A stretch of DNA of 64,000 bases, taken from positions 6,876 through 70,875 of the forward strand of contig SCPX01000056.1 of assembly GCA_004298615.1 (NCBI GenBank). The letters are read 5' to 3'. Shown one piece after another: positions 26,346 to 35,548 of the stretch; position 1 is the stretch's first letter; each line of letters begins with the position of its first letter. The translations under genes and the position numbers were made by a program. The notes beneath the pieces were generated by a model. It had not been told where the DNA came from, searched no databases, and was given only the letters and a program-made list of their open reading frames with translations. Origin of the DNA: Patescibacteria group bacterium (GTDB lineage: Bacteria; Patescibacteriota; Patescibacteriia; SCPX01).

Positions 26346-27206
26346 ATGAAAAATCCTCTTATAAAACTCGCTTTGGTTGTCTTTACTTTTATTATCGCGA
26401 TCGCTCTATTTGCTTCTTTTATTAGTCCCAGAAATGATCTGGGCGCGTTTGTCGCGCCATCGCTTTTTGTCGCGTATTTGGGCGGAGTTCTTTCAATAAT
26501 TTCTCCTTGTTCAATCGCTGTTTTGCCGGCTTTTTTTGCCATCACTTTCAGGGAAAAAGAAAAATTAAGACGCGCCGTTTTGATTTTTTCTCTCGGCCTC
26601 ATATCGGTTTTTATTCCTCTGGGTATTGGCGCGTCATTTGTCGCCAAATCTTTTTTTGAAAATAGGAATATTTTTATTACGACCGCCGGAGCGCTTTTGA
26701 TTTTTTTTGGAATTTTGACAATATTGGGCAAACAAATTCATTTGTTTGAGAAAAATCCGCACATTGAAAAGGCGGCGCGGGGCGGCTTCAAATCTATTTT
26801 TCTAATGGGAGCGCTTTTTGCTTTTGGCACCGGCTCCTGCGCGGCGGCCGTTTACGGCGGAATTTTGACTCTGGCGGCCGCTTCCAATACCGTCTGGTAC
26901 GGGACACTGCTCCTTTTAATATTTTCCGCCGGCCTGATTACTCCCATATATATTCTAAGCGCGTATTTTGATAGGATAAATATTTCCCAAGTTTGGTGGA
27001 TAAAAGGCAAGGTTTTCCAGGTTAAATTGTCGAAAAAAGAATATTATTTTCATTCCACCAATATAATCGCCGGCCTACTATTGACCGTAGTAGGAATTGC
27101 CTTTATAATGTGGAAGGGAACATCTTTCCTTTTGCCATTTTTTGACAAGACGGGGCTTATTAGTTTATACTATAACCTCAATGAATGGCTGATGCTAAAT
27201 CTTTAA
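26346..27206 (+). CDS. ccdA: CcdA/DsbD transmembrane electron transporter
   Basis: G.LS..SPC...LP and a second Cys in G.C; multiple TM helices. Confidence 0.8.
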   Translation: MKNPLIKLALVVFTFIIAIALFASFISPRNDLGAFVAPSLFVAYLGGVLSIISPCSIAVLPAFFAITFREKEKLRRAVLIFSLGLISVFIPLGIGASFVAKSFFENRNIFITTAGALLIFFGILTILGKQIHLFEKNPHIEKAARGGFKSIFLMGALFAFGTGSCAAAVYGGILTLAAASNTVWYGTLLLLIFSAGLITPIYILSAYFDRINISQVWWIKGKVFQVKLSKKEYYFHSTNIIAGLLLTVVGIAFIMWKGTSFLLPFFDKTGLISLYYNLNEWLMLNL

Positions 27207-27250
27207 AAACGCATTATTATAAAATAATTATTAATTGGTTAAATTCATTT

Positions 27251-28084
27251 ATGACCGAAACACATCACGCTCCGCATCATGAGCCGGTTCATCATACGCC
27301 GACTCCGCAACCCCCTTATTATCAAGGACAGGGAGGGGGATTATTGGACGCTCCGCCGAAAACCACTTTTGTTATGGGTTTTTTAGCCGGAATAGTTTTG
27401 ACCGCTGTCGTGGGATTATTCTTTATATTCCCGTCCGTGGCGCAAAATGCCAAAAATGGCAAAGTGGCCGGTACGACGACCAATAGCAATACCAACACAG
27501 CTCTGGCAGTAACGCCTCCAGCCGCCGGTGACGAGCCGGTTATTGGAAATTTCCGGGCTGTTACCGATTCCGAACACATTCGCGGCGACAAAAAATCGCC
27601 TCTCACGATTGTTGAGTACTCCGATTTTGATTGCCCTTTTTGCGAGCGGTTTCACCCGACTATGCAAAAAATATCAGACGAATATAAAGGCAAAGTCAAA
27701 TGGGTCTACCGGCATTTTCCTTTAGACTCTCTGCACCCGAATGCCCGCAAAGCGGCTGAAGCCAGCGAATGCGCCAATGAATTGGGCGGCAATGACGCTT
27801 TCTGGAAATTCGCCGATAAGCTCGCTGGTGAAAGCGGACAATCAACTGCTGAAAAACTTACGACCTACGCAAAAGATATCGGGCTCAATGAAGCTAAATT
27901 CAAAACCTGCGTTGATTCGGAAAAGTACAAGCAAAAAGTCCAAGACGATTACAATGACGCGGCCGCGGCTGGAGGCCAAGGCACTCCTTACAGCGTCTTG
28001 ATTGATTCTAAAGGCGGGAAGACCGCGATCAACGGCGCGCAACCATATGAGTCTGTAAAAGCGATGATAGACGCGAAGCTGTAA
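27251..28084 (+). CDS. Membrane-anchored DsbA-family oxidoreductase
   Basis: EYSDFDCPFC, YRHFPL, AAEASEC, GTP. Confidence 0.88.
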   Translation: MTETHHAPHHEPVHHTPTPQPPYYQGQGGGLLDAPPKTTFVMGFLAGIVLTAVVGLFFIFPSVAQNAKNGKVAGTTTNSNTNTALAVTPPAAGDEPVIGNFRAVTDSEHIRGDKKSPLTIVEYSDFDCPFCERFHPTMQKISDEYKGKVKWVYRHFPLDSLHPNARKAAEASECANELGGNDAFWKFADKLAGESGQSTAEKLTTYAKDIGLNEAKFKTCVDSEKYKQKVQDDYNDAAAAGGQGTPYSVLIDSKGGKTAINGAQPYESVKAMIDAKL

Positions 28085-28184
28085 AGACACAGATGAACGC
28101 AAGATAATTTAAATCGCAAGATTAACGCCAGATATCTTGCGTATATCTCGCGACTAATAAATCTCGCGTATATCTGCGTATTCT

Positions 28185-28955
28185 ATGATTCCGTGGTTTC
28201 AAATAGAACAAATCCATTTCGGGCCCCTCACGATTCAAGTGTGGGGCCTCTTGGTATCTCTGGGTTTTATGCTCGGAGCGTTTGTGCTTTGGAAAGAAGC
28301 GAGGCGCAAGGGAGTGGATGCCAATATCATTTTGGATCTTTTTATTTTAATTTTAGCGGGCGCAATTATCGGCGGGCGGCTTTTTTATGTTGCCGAGCAT
28401 TACAAAGAGTATATCGGCGATCTTTTGCGGATTTTTCTAATTTCCGAAGGGGGGATGTCTTTCTTTGGAGGATTTTTAGCTGCTTTGGCGGCCGGAGTGG
28501 TTTTTGTTCATAGAAAAAAGATGCCGGTGTGGAAAATCACGAACATAATCGCGCCAGCTTTGGCCGCCGGCTACGCAATCGGCCGATTCGGCTGTCTTTT
28601 CATTCACGATCATTTGGGGAAAATCACCAATTTCTTTTTGGGTATAAAGACGCCAGACGGCACGATCCGCCACGAGCCGATAATTTACGAAATTTTTTTC
28701 AATGGCCTGACGCTTTTCTTTGTTCTCTGGTTTTTGCGAAAGAGGATCAAAAAAGACGGAATGCTTTCGATTATTTTCCTTGTCTGGTTTTTGTCCGTGC
28801 GGTTCGTCACTGACTTTTTCCGCTCCGCCGATTTGCCCGATTCGGACATAAGATATTTCGGCTTAACTCTGGCGCAGATAACTATAATAATATTTGCAGT
28901 ATTTGTTTTGCTGATTTCTAAATATTTTATAACGAAGAAACAAAACGCACATTAA
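28185..28955 (+). CDS. lgt: Prolipoprotein diacylglyceryl transferase
   Basis: GPL.I..WG, GGRLFYV, GGMSFFGG, IGRFGC, H...IYE, RF..DFFR. Confidence 0.9.
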   Translation: MIPWFQIEQIHFGPLTIQVWGLLVSLGFMLGAFVLWKEARRKGVDANIILDLFILILAGAIIGGRLFYVAEHYKEYIGDLLRIFLISEGGMSFFGGFLAALAAGVVFVHRKKMPVWKITNIIAPALAAGYAIGRFGCLFIHDHLGKITNFFLGIKTPDGTIRHEPIIYEIFFNGLTLFFVLWFLRKRIKKDGMLSIIFLVWFLSVRFVTDFFRSADLPDSDIRYFGLTLAQITIIIFAVFVLLISKYFITKKQNAH

Positions 28956-28984
28956 GATTTAATTTACAGTAATTAAACATCGTC

Positions 28985-29128
28985 GCAATTCAAAATATGT
29001 CGTGCATCAAACGATCGTCACATATACGACATTATTTCTTAAGATTAAAAAATAATACGATATGGATTCATCGAGTAAAAGCAGTTTATGATATGTCGTG
29101 CATCAAACGATCGTCGCATATACGACAA
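28985..29128. repeat. Left direct-repeat block containing two 36-bp palindromic repeats
   Basis: ATGTCGTGCATCAAACGATCGTCRCATATACGACA at 28997-29032 and 29093-29128; whole block duplicated at 31250-31392. Confidence 0.85.
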
Positions 29129-29229
29129 AATTATATTATGCTATAATAAATTAAGGCGAAATAAAAGCGAGAAAAGAAGAGGCGACGGGTGTTTGAATTA
29201 ATAAATTAATAACGCAATTATCAATAATT

Positions 29230-29814
29230 ATGAAAGGCGAAAATAGATTGAAAATATTGGAGTTTCTTGAAAATTCCGGCCAGGCATTAGAGGAATTGTT
29301 TTTTATTTTTACAGTGCCCTACGGCACTTCTTTTCACGGGGCGGAATATCGTTTGAGAAAATTTCGAGAGGAGAGAGAGAATTTAAAAACCCTCAAAAAA
29401 GATAAACGGCGGTTTGATGACTTGATTTATCGTTTGCGCAAAGATGTGTTGATTGATGATATTAAGAGTAAAAAAGGGTCTTTTTTGCGCCTAACGCAAA
29501 GGGGAATAGAAATTTTAAACAAACTGCGCGACAAAAAAGACAAAGCAATGCCTGACGCAAAATATCAAAGCCAAAATGACGATAATTTAAAGATAATTAT
29601 TTTTGATATTCCCGAAGGGGAGAAAAGAAAGCGCGTTTGGCTGCGTTCCGCCCTTAAAAACTTAAATTTTACAATGCTTCAGAAAAGCGTTTGGGCGGGG
29701 AAAAGCAAGCTGCCCCACGAGTTCGCGATAGATTTGAATAAACTGAAAATAATTTCTTATGTAGAAATTTTTGCTATCAGCAAGACCGGAAGCTTGAAGC
29801 AATTAAAATTTTAA
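29230..29814 (+). CDS. PaaX-like protein (wHTH plus Cas2-like ferredoxin-fold domain)
   Basis: YRL.K.....LT..G wHTH-like segment; IIFDIPE..K.KR.WLR..LK.L.F.MLQKSVW. Confidence 0.8.
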   Translation: MKGENRLKILEFLENSGQALEELFFIFTVPYGTSFHGAEYRLRKFREERENLKTLKKDKRRFDDLIYRLRKDVLIDDIKSKKGSFLRLTQRGIEILNKLRDKKDKAMPDAKYQSQNDDNLKIIIFDIPEGEKRKRVWLRSALKNLNFTMLQKSVWAGKSKLPHEFAIDLNKLKIISYVEIFAISKTGSLKQLKF

Positions 29815-29841
29815 AAAAACAAATCTACCAAGATTCGAACG

Positions 29842-29877
29842 ATGTCGTACATCAGACGATCGTCGCATATACGACAT
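29842..29877. repeat. Single copy of the 36-bp palindromic repeat
   Basis: ATGTCGTACATCAGACGATCGTCGCATATACGACAT. Confidence 0.85.
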
Positions 29878-29925
29878 ATCTGAACAGCGTTGTAATCCGA
29901 TGGTATAATGCTAATGAAAAAAAAT

Positions 29926-30543
29926 ATGGACAATGAGAATAATCATAATCCCGAGCCTACCCAAGAGATGCCATTGGTTGATATTGGAAAAGATAATCAT
30001 GATCAAACAGATCAGCAAAAAAGAGACGAGCGAATCCTGCAAATTGATCAGGAGTTGGCCGAGTTTTCAGTTAAGGCGCAAACCGAAGACGAGATAAACG
30101 CCGTTCAAATGGAAAGAGATCAAGAATATCAAAACAAAATCCAAGAACTGGAGACGGGCCTGAGCCAGCCGCTTTCCGAAGAAACAAAAGATAAAATTCA
30201 TCAGAATATGGTGGATAGCGTAATCGATCGGGCACGAAGAGTGAATAATAAGTTTGATAATCTGCAGATATTAAGAAATACGGAAAATCTTATTACTAAC
30301 ATGGAATCGCTTGGTGCAAAAATTGACAATAATTCAAGGATTAGGTTGGTAGAGATATTATCTTCGCCTCAGATATTGCATGTTAATAGGCGCGAACTAG
30401 TAAAACTATTTGGAGTTGATGAGAAAGATGACGCATTAGTCAGAAAACTTTATCAACCATTCAATGAAAAGTACGGGAAATTATTAAAAGAATGGTTGAT
30501 AAAAGAAAATAAATTTTTTTCTCCAAATCAGAAATTAAATTAA
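29926..30543 (+). CDS. Hypothetical charged helical protein
   Basis: Long open AT-rich ORF; upstream ATGs at 29908/29914 overlap or precede an extended -10 (TGGTATAAT 29901-29909) and its predicted start site. Confidence 0.65.
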   Translation: MDNENNHNPEPTQEMPLVDIGKDNHDQTDQQKRDERILQIDQELAEFSVKAQTEDEINAVQMERDQEYQNKIQELETGLSQPLSEETKDKIHQNMVDSVIDRARRVNNKFDNLQILRNTENLITNMESLGAKIDNNSRIRLVEILSSPQILHVNRRELVKLFGVDEKDDALVRKLYQPFNEKYGKLLKEWLIKENKFFSPNQKLN

Positions 30544-30584
30544 CCGGAAATCAAGAAGTTCAAATCAATGGCGAAACGATAGAT

Positions 30585-31226
30585 ATGGCGGAACTTAATG
30601 ATTCTAAGATTTCTGAACTAGGAATAAAAAAAATTAAACGAATTATAGATGGAATCATTAATGACAATGAAAGTACTGCCGGACAAGGTATGTTCTGGAA
30701 TGTTTTGGTGCCAAAAGAAATACCTTTTGTTTTAAAGACTGAGCGCAAGCTTTATGATGAAAGTCAGGAAAAATACAGAAGAAAATCACTATTACAATAC
30801 CCGATTATTAGAGATAGTATAGGAAAAGAATTTTTACCTAAACAAGCTGTTTTGCTGGCGCACGATTCAGAACGATTTTATGTTTTGCAAGAAAAAATGC
30901 CATTGCAAAAAATGACAAGTATTAGAAATAAAAATATTGATTCAGTTATTGCTGGTGATTACGGACAGGAAATTGTAAACGCTTTGAGCGAAGAGAAAAA
31001 TAAAGAAAAATTGAGGGAATTTATTTCCGGAGTTGAGCGTCTCTATAAAGATCATAAACTAATAATTGATACGGTTGGGGATAATTTATTTTTTAATGTT
31101 TCCGAAGGCGGTGATTTGAATATAAAGCTGGTGGATTACGGCGCCTTCAAACAGCGTGGGGATGTCCCAAATAGTGACATAAAAGAAGTGCTAGTGTTTT
31201 TAGAAAAATTGACGAATTTATTATAG
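30585..31226 (+). CDS. Protein-kinase-like (PKL) fold protein
   Basis: GQGMF..V Gly loop, VLK lysine, VLQEK hinge, D-x4-N (DTVGDN), LVDYG. Confidence 0.6.
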   Translation: MAELNDSKISELGIKKIKRIIDGIINDNESTAGQGMFWNVLVPKEIPFVLKTERKLYDESQEKYRRKSLLQYPIIRDSIGKEFLPKQAVLLAHDSERFYVLQEKMPLQKMTSIRNKNIDSVIAGDYGQEIVNALSEEKNKEKLREFISGVERLYKDHKLIIDTVGDNLFFNVSEGGDLNIKLVDYGAFKQRGDVPNSDIKEVLVFLEKLTNLL

Positions 31227-31249
31227 GCGAACTTTTTTTTTGAATTACT

Positions 31250-31392
31250 GCAATTCAAAATATGTCGTAGATCTACCAATCGTCACATATACGACATTAT
31301 TATCTTGAGATTAAAAAAATACGATATGGATTCATCGGGTAAAAGCAGTTTATGGTAAGTCATACATCAGCCGATCGTCATATATACGACAT
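31250..31392. repeat. Right direct-repeat block containing two (more degenerate) 36-bp repeats
   Basis: Repeats at 31262-31297 and 31357-31392; the spacer nearly matches that of the left block. Confidence 0.85.
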
Positions 31393-31540
31393 TTTTACCG
31401 ACTTATTTCATGACATAACTTTTATAATATTTGGTCGCACATTGTGCGATCGCTTCATCTGCGACTAGAATTATTTTGCCCCCATTTGTTTTTTTATAAT
31501 TTAATAGTATAATGAAAAAATATTTGTTTGATTTGAAATC

Positions 31541-32476
31541 ATGCCGATTGTTGAAGTAAAAAATTTATCCAAATATTATCCCAAGCCCGATAATCCGAAA
31601 GAAAAATTCGCGGCCGTGGATGATGTTTCATTTGAAATAAAAGAAGGGGAGACTTTTGGCATTCTGGGGCCGAACGGCGCGGGCAAAACCACGACTTTGG
31701 AAATGCTTGAGGGATTGAAAGTTATTGAAAAAGGGGAAGCGCTTGTCTCTGGAATTTCCGTAAAAAACGATCCGATGAGAGTGAAACAGATAATCGGGGT
31801 CCAGCTCCAGGAAAGCCATTATTTTGATTTTTTAAAACTCAAAGAATTGCTTGATTTGTTCGGAGAATTTTATCATCGCAAAATTGACGGCCTGGAATTG
31901 CTTCGCGAAGTCCAGCTGGAAGATAAAAAAGCGGCTTATACCAGGCAATTATCCGGTGGACAAAAACAGCGCCTCTCCATCGCTTCGGCTCTGGTCAATG
32001 ATCCCAAAGTGCTTTTTTTGGACGAACCGACCACGGGCTTGGATCCGCAAGCCAGGCATAATTTGTGGGATTTGGTGAAAAAAATAAAAGCCAAGGGGAA
32101 AACAATCGTCTTGACCACGCATTATATGGAAGAGGCGCAAATCTTATGCGATCGCTTGGCGATTATGGATCATGGAAAAATAATCGCGCTGGACACGCCG
32201 GATAATCTTGTGAATAAATACGCCCCGATATCGCATATTATTATAAAAACGGATCAGCCGCTGCCAGACGAAGAATTGAAGAATATTCCGCATGTTCAAA
32301 GCATATCATCAGAAAACGATTTTTATGATTTTTGGGTAAGCAATCCGGAAGAGGTTTTACTGCGCTTGGTGGAATTTGCTAAATCGCGCGGCATTAAAAT
32401 TTTATCACTGCGCGTTGAGCGGTCTACTTTGGAAGATGTTTTTTTGAGCTTGACGGGAAGAGAATTAAGAGATTGA
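31541..32476 (+). CDS. ABC-2 type transporter ATP-binding protein
   Basis: GPNGAGKT, LSGGQ, LDEPTTGLD, TTHYM. Confidence 0.95.
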   Translation: MPIVEVKNLSKYYPKPDNPKEKFAAVDDVSFEIKEGETFGILGPNGAGKTTTLEMLEGLKVIEKGEALVSGISVKNDPMRVKQIIGVQLQESHYFDFLKLKELLDLFGEFYHRKIDGLELLREVQLEDKKAAYTRQLSGGQKQRLSIASALVNDPKVLFLDEPTTGLDPQARHNLWDLVKKIKAKGKTIVLTTHYMEEAQILCDRLAIMDHGKIIALDTPDNLVNKYAPISHIIIKTDQPLPDEELKNIPHVQSISSENDFYDFWVSNPEEVLLRLVEFAKSRGIKILSLRVERSTLEDVFLSLTGRELRD

Positions 32477-32480
32477 ATTT

Positions 32481-33575
32481 ATGACTTTATTTAAACTCAC
32501 CATTGCCAATATCAAAATGTATTTGCGCGATCGGCAGGCGCTTTTTTGGGCATTCTTTTTTCCTTTGCTTTTAATGACGGTATTCGGGGTGATGAATTTT
32601 GAAGGATCGGGAAAATTAACATTGGGAGTGGTCAATCTTTCGCCATCGCCCGCGGCTGGCGAATTTGTCAGTTCGTTGGAAAAAAGCGAATCGCTGGACA
32701 TCAAAAAAGATTCCAGAGAAAACGAAGAAGCGGCGCTCAAGAAAGGGGACAGGGACGCGGTGATGATTTTGCCGGAAGATTTTCTGGCCGATCCGGCGAA
32801 AACCTCGCCTTACACAATCAAAGTTTTGGTCAATAAAGGGCGGCCCCAGCAGAGTAGTACGGCCTTGTCCGTGCTCGGCAGTATTTTTTCCGAAATGGAA
32901 AGAAATATGACGCAAAAGCCGAAATTATTCGCCATTGAAACCGAGGATGTGGTGGCGCGCAATTTGCGGTATATTGATTTTGTGGTGCCTGGGGTGGTCG
33001 CTCTTTCCATTATGCAGCTTTCCATTTTCGGGATCGGCTTTACCATTGTTGAATACAAACGCAAAGGTGTGATGAAGCGGCTTTTTGTCACACCTTTGAA
33101 ACCGCTTGATTTCACATTATCCCATGTGATTATGCGCTTGCTTGTTTCAATATTTCAAGTGAGTATTTTATTTGCCGTGGCGATTTTGGTTTTCAATGTT
33201 AATGTGCTCGGCAGTTTTGCCGCTTTGTATTTTTTCGTAATATTGGGCGGGCTTTTATTTTTAAGCTTTGGTTTCGCCCTGGCCGGCATTTCCAAGACCG
33301 AAGACGCTTTGCAAGGATTGACCCAAGTATTTGTTTTTCCTCAAATGTTTTTGGGTAATGTATTTTTTTCCACCGACGCGATGCCGGAATGGCTTCAAAA
33401 GATTGTAGTATATATGCCTTTGAATTATTTGTCGGACGCGATTCGGAAAATTTCCACCGAAGGCACTGGGCTGATGGATCTTCAAAAAGATATTTTGGGA
33501 ATTTCGGTCTGGATAATCATCGGCTTTGTCTTAGCCATTAAACTCTTCCGCTGGCGCGAAGCGGCGAATAGTTAG
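32481..33575 (+). CDS. ABC-2 type transporter permease
   Basis: FFFP.LL, Y.DF.VPG, G..KRL..TP, MP.WLQ; six TM helices. Confidence 0.92.
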   Translation: MTLFKLTIANIKMYLRDRQALFWAFFFPLLLMTVFGVMNFEGSGKLTLGVVNLSPSPAAGEFVSSLEKSESLDIKKDSRENEEAALKKGDRDAVMILPEDFLADPAKTSPYTIKVLVNKGRPQQSSTALSVLGSIFSEMERNMTQKPKLFAIETEDVVARNLRYIDFVVPGVVALSIMQLSIFGIGFTIVEYKRKGVMKRLFVTPLKPLDFTLSHVIMRLLVSIFQVSILFAVAILVFNVNVLGSFAALYFFVILGGLLFLSFGFALAGISKTEDALQGLTQVFVFPQMFLGNVFFSTDAMPEWLQKIVVYMPLNYLSDAIRKISTEGTGLMDLQKDILGISVWIIIGFVLAIKLFRWREAANS

Positions 33576-33579
33576 TTTT

Positions 33580-33608
33580 TTGACAAAAAGGCGTAATTGT
33601 ATTATAAT
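33580..33608 (+). promoter_or_regulatory. Consensus sigma70 promoter of the tRNA pair
   Basis: TTGACA-17-TATAAT. Confidence 0.8.
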
Positions 33609-33613
33609 TCTCC

Positions 33614-33688
33614 CGCGGGGTGGAGAAGTGGCATCTCGTCGGGCTCATAACCCGAAGATCGGCCGTTCGAATCGGCCCCCCGCAACCA
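33614..33688 (+). tRNA. tRNA-fMet (initiator, CAT)
   Basis: Cloverleaf; C1:A72 mismatch; GGG/CCC anticodon stem; CAT anticodon; encoded CCA. Confidence 0.93.
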
Positions 33689-33729
33689 AGTAAAAAATAA
33701 GCGAATGACTTTCACCCGCCTAAATTTTT

Positions 33730-33803
33730 GGCTGGGTAGCTCAGTTGGTTAGAGCGAAGGACTCATAAGCCTTAGGTCGTGGGTTCGATTCCCACCCCAG
33801 CTA
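33730..33803 (+). tRNA. tRNA-Met (CAT), probably elongator; Ile2 not excluded
   Basis: GGCTGGG/CCCAGCT acceptor stem, TAGCTCAGTTGG, CTCATAA loop, GGTTCGATTCC; no encoded CCA. Confidence 0.88.
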
Positions 33804-33929
33804 CTAGCCAAAAATTTGGGCGGGCGAGTAAGCCTTAGGTCAGTGGTTCTGCGCCAGAGGCGCATCCGCCTTGGGCGGAGATTCCACTTTGACTGATGAT
33901 AATTATAATCTAATTGGCGTTATGAAAGT

Positions 33930-34418
33930 ATGAAAAAAACTCATTTTATACTTATTATCGTTATTACGACTTTTATTTCCGGCAGCGTAGCATTCGCTGC
34001 TTCATTGGCAGTTAAGTGCCCGGTAGTTATTGCTACTAAATCATCTAAGTCATATACATTGTCAAAAAATAAATTTGTTTGTTTTAAATCAGAAGCAGAT
34101 GCAAAAAAATCTGGCTACAAAAATGAAAAAACGGTTAAAAAAACATGGAAACCGGTAACTTCTTTTTCTGGTTCAGTTGACAAGACTACCGATCCATTTA
34201 TAATTACCGGAGCGCAATGGCGTATTAAATGGGATTATCCAGGGGACGCCCATTTTGCAATCGTTGTATATGATGCTACGAAAAATGAATACAAAAAGCT
34301 CATGGTTAATACTATCGGCGCAACAAATGACAACTCTAACTACTATGGGGCGGGATCATATTATTTAGATATTAGCGCTGGTTCTGATTGGAATGCTTCA
34401 ATTGAAGAATATAAGTAA
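33930..34418 (+). CDS. Secreted hypothetical protein
   Basis: Signal peptide; CF.SE..A.K.GY motif, then a beta-rich T.PF.I...W.I.W domain. Confidence 0.7.
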   Translation: MKKTHFILIIVITTFISGSVAFAASLAVKCPVVIATKSSKSYTLSKNKFVCFKSEADAKKSGYKNEKTVKKTWKPVTSFSGSVDKTTDPFIITGAQWRIKWDYPGDAHFAIVVYDATKNEYKKLMVNTIGATNDNSNYYGAGSYYLDISAGSDWNASIEEYK

Positions 34419-34448
34419 TGTTAATAAGTCAAAGTTGTAGCACTGTTT

Positions 34449-35003
34449 ATGTTTTTATCAAATCACGCGGCTGTGGGAGCGCTTTTGACCGTGCACACTG
34501 ACAATCCGGCAAGCGCTTTTGTTCTTGGATATTTTTCCCATTATCTTCTGGATATGATCCCGCACGGTGACGAAAAAGTCGGCACTTGGATGAAAGAAAA
34601 ACACACGAACTTGCGTTCCGCCGGAGTATTGATGGCCGACTTGAGCATTACGGCTATATTCTTTTTATCACTAAGCTGGAAAATTGATTTTCCCCATCCG
34701 TATGTCGTGGCGGCGGGAGTCTTCGGGGCGATGTTGCCGGATTTTCTGTACGGATTTTACGATCTCATAAGAAAATATCTTTCACCGGAAAAAAAGAAGC
34801 ACTACCGCGAAAAAGGCGGCTGGCTCATCAAATTGGCCAAGCGAACGCTTTGGGATAATTTTTTATTGGAGCGGCATTTTTATATTCACAGAAAAATTCA
34901 TTTTGCCCTGGGATACAATATTTCATTTCCAAGGGGCATGATTTTTCAAGCAGTGCTTCTCGGATTTTTATATTGGAGCACGCTTAATTATTTGAGTGTA
35001 TGA
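34449..35003 (+). CDS. Membrane protein, metal-dependent hydrolase-like
   Basis: H...G, SH..LD.IPH.D, G..LPD, H...H. Confidence 0.65.
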   Translation: MFLSNHAAVGALLTVHTDNPASAFVLGYFSHYLLDMIPHGDEKVGTWMKEKHTNLRSAGVLMADLSITAIFFLSLSWKIDFPHPYVVAAGVFGAMLPDFLYGFYDLIRKYLSPEKKKHYREKGGWLIKLAKRTLWDNFLLERHFYIHRKIHFALGYNISFPRGMIFQAVLLGFLYWSTLNYLSV

Positions 35004-35548
35004 ATCTGAAATCACAAATTGAAAGTTTGCTTTTCCTTTCTCCGAAGCCTGTGGCGGTAAAGAAATTGGCCGAGGTGACGGGCGGAAAAAAAGAGGAAAT
35101 ACAAAATATTTTGGATGAGCTTAAAAAAGAATATGACGAGCGCGGCGGCGGAGTGTCAGTAATAGACCACCAAGGATCTTATCAAATGTCCACTTCGGCG
35201 GAAAATTCGGAAATGGTTAGGAATTTTTTAAAGGATGAACAACTCGGCGAATTGACCAAGCCGGGTCTTGAAACTTTGACGATTATCGCGTATCGCGGCC
35301 CTCTAACCAAAGCCGAATTGGAACAGATCAGGGGAGTGAATTGCGGTTTGATTTTACGCAATTTGATGATCCGCGGATTGGTGGAAAGACGGGAAGAAAA
35401 AGACAAATTGCGCACCGTGTATGAAGTGACGCACGAATTTTTAAGATATTTAGGACTTACTTCCATTAAAGAATTGCCGGATTATGAAAAACTCTCCACG
35501 CATGAGAGTATAGAGAGAGTGTTGGAAGAAGCGGGTAAACGAGTATGA
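35000..35548 (+). CDS. scpB: SMC-Scp complex subunit ScpB
   Basis: IE.LLF, LETL.IIAY.GP.T...EQIRGV, T..FL...GL....LP. Confidence 0.95.
   Translation: MNLKSQIESLLFLSPKPVAVKKLAEVTGGKKEEIQNILDELKKEYDERGGGVSVIDHQGSYQMSTSAENSEMVRNFLKDEQLGELTKPGLETLTIIAYRGPLTKAELEQIRGVNCGLILRNLMIRGLVERREEKDKLRTVYEVTHEFLRYLGLTSIKELPDYEKLSTHESIERVLEEAGKRV

Noticed and set aside
28997-31392. CRISPR array (36-bp repeats near a Cas2-like gene)
   Set aside because: At most two repeats in tandem, the ~60-bp spacer is conserved between the two pairs, and no cas1 or effector genes are present; the protein is PaaX-like with a wHTH.
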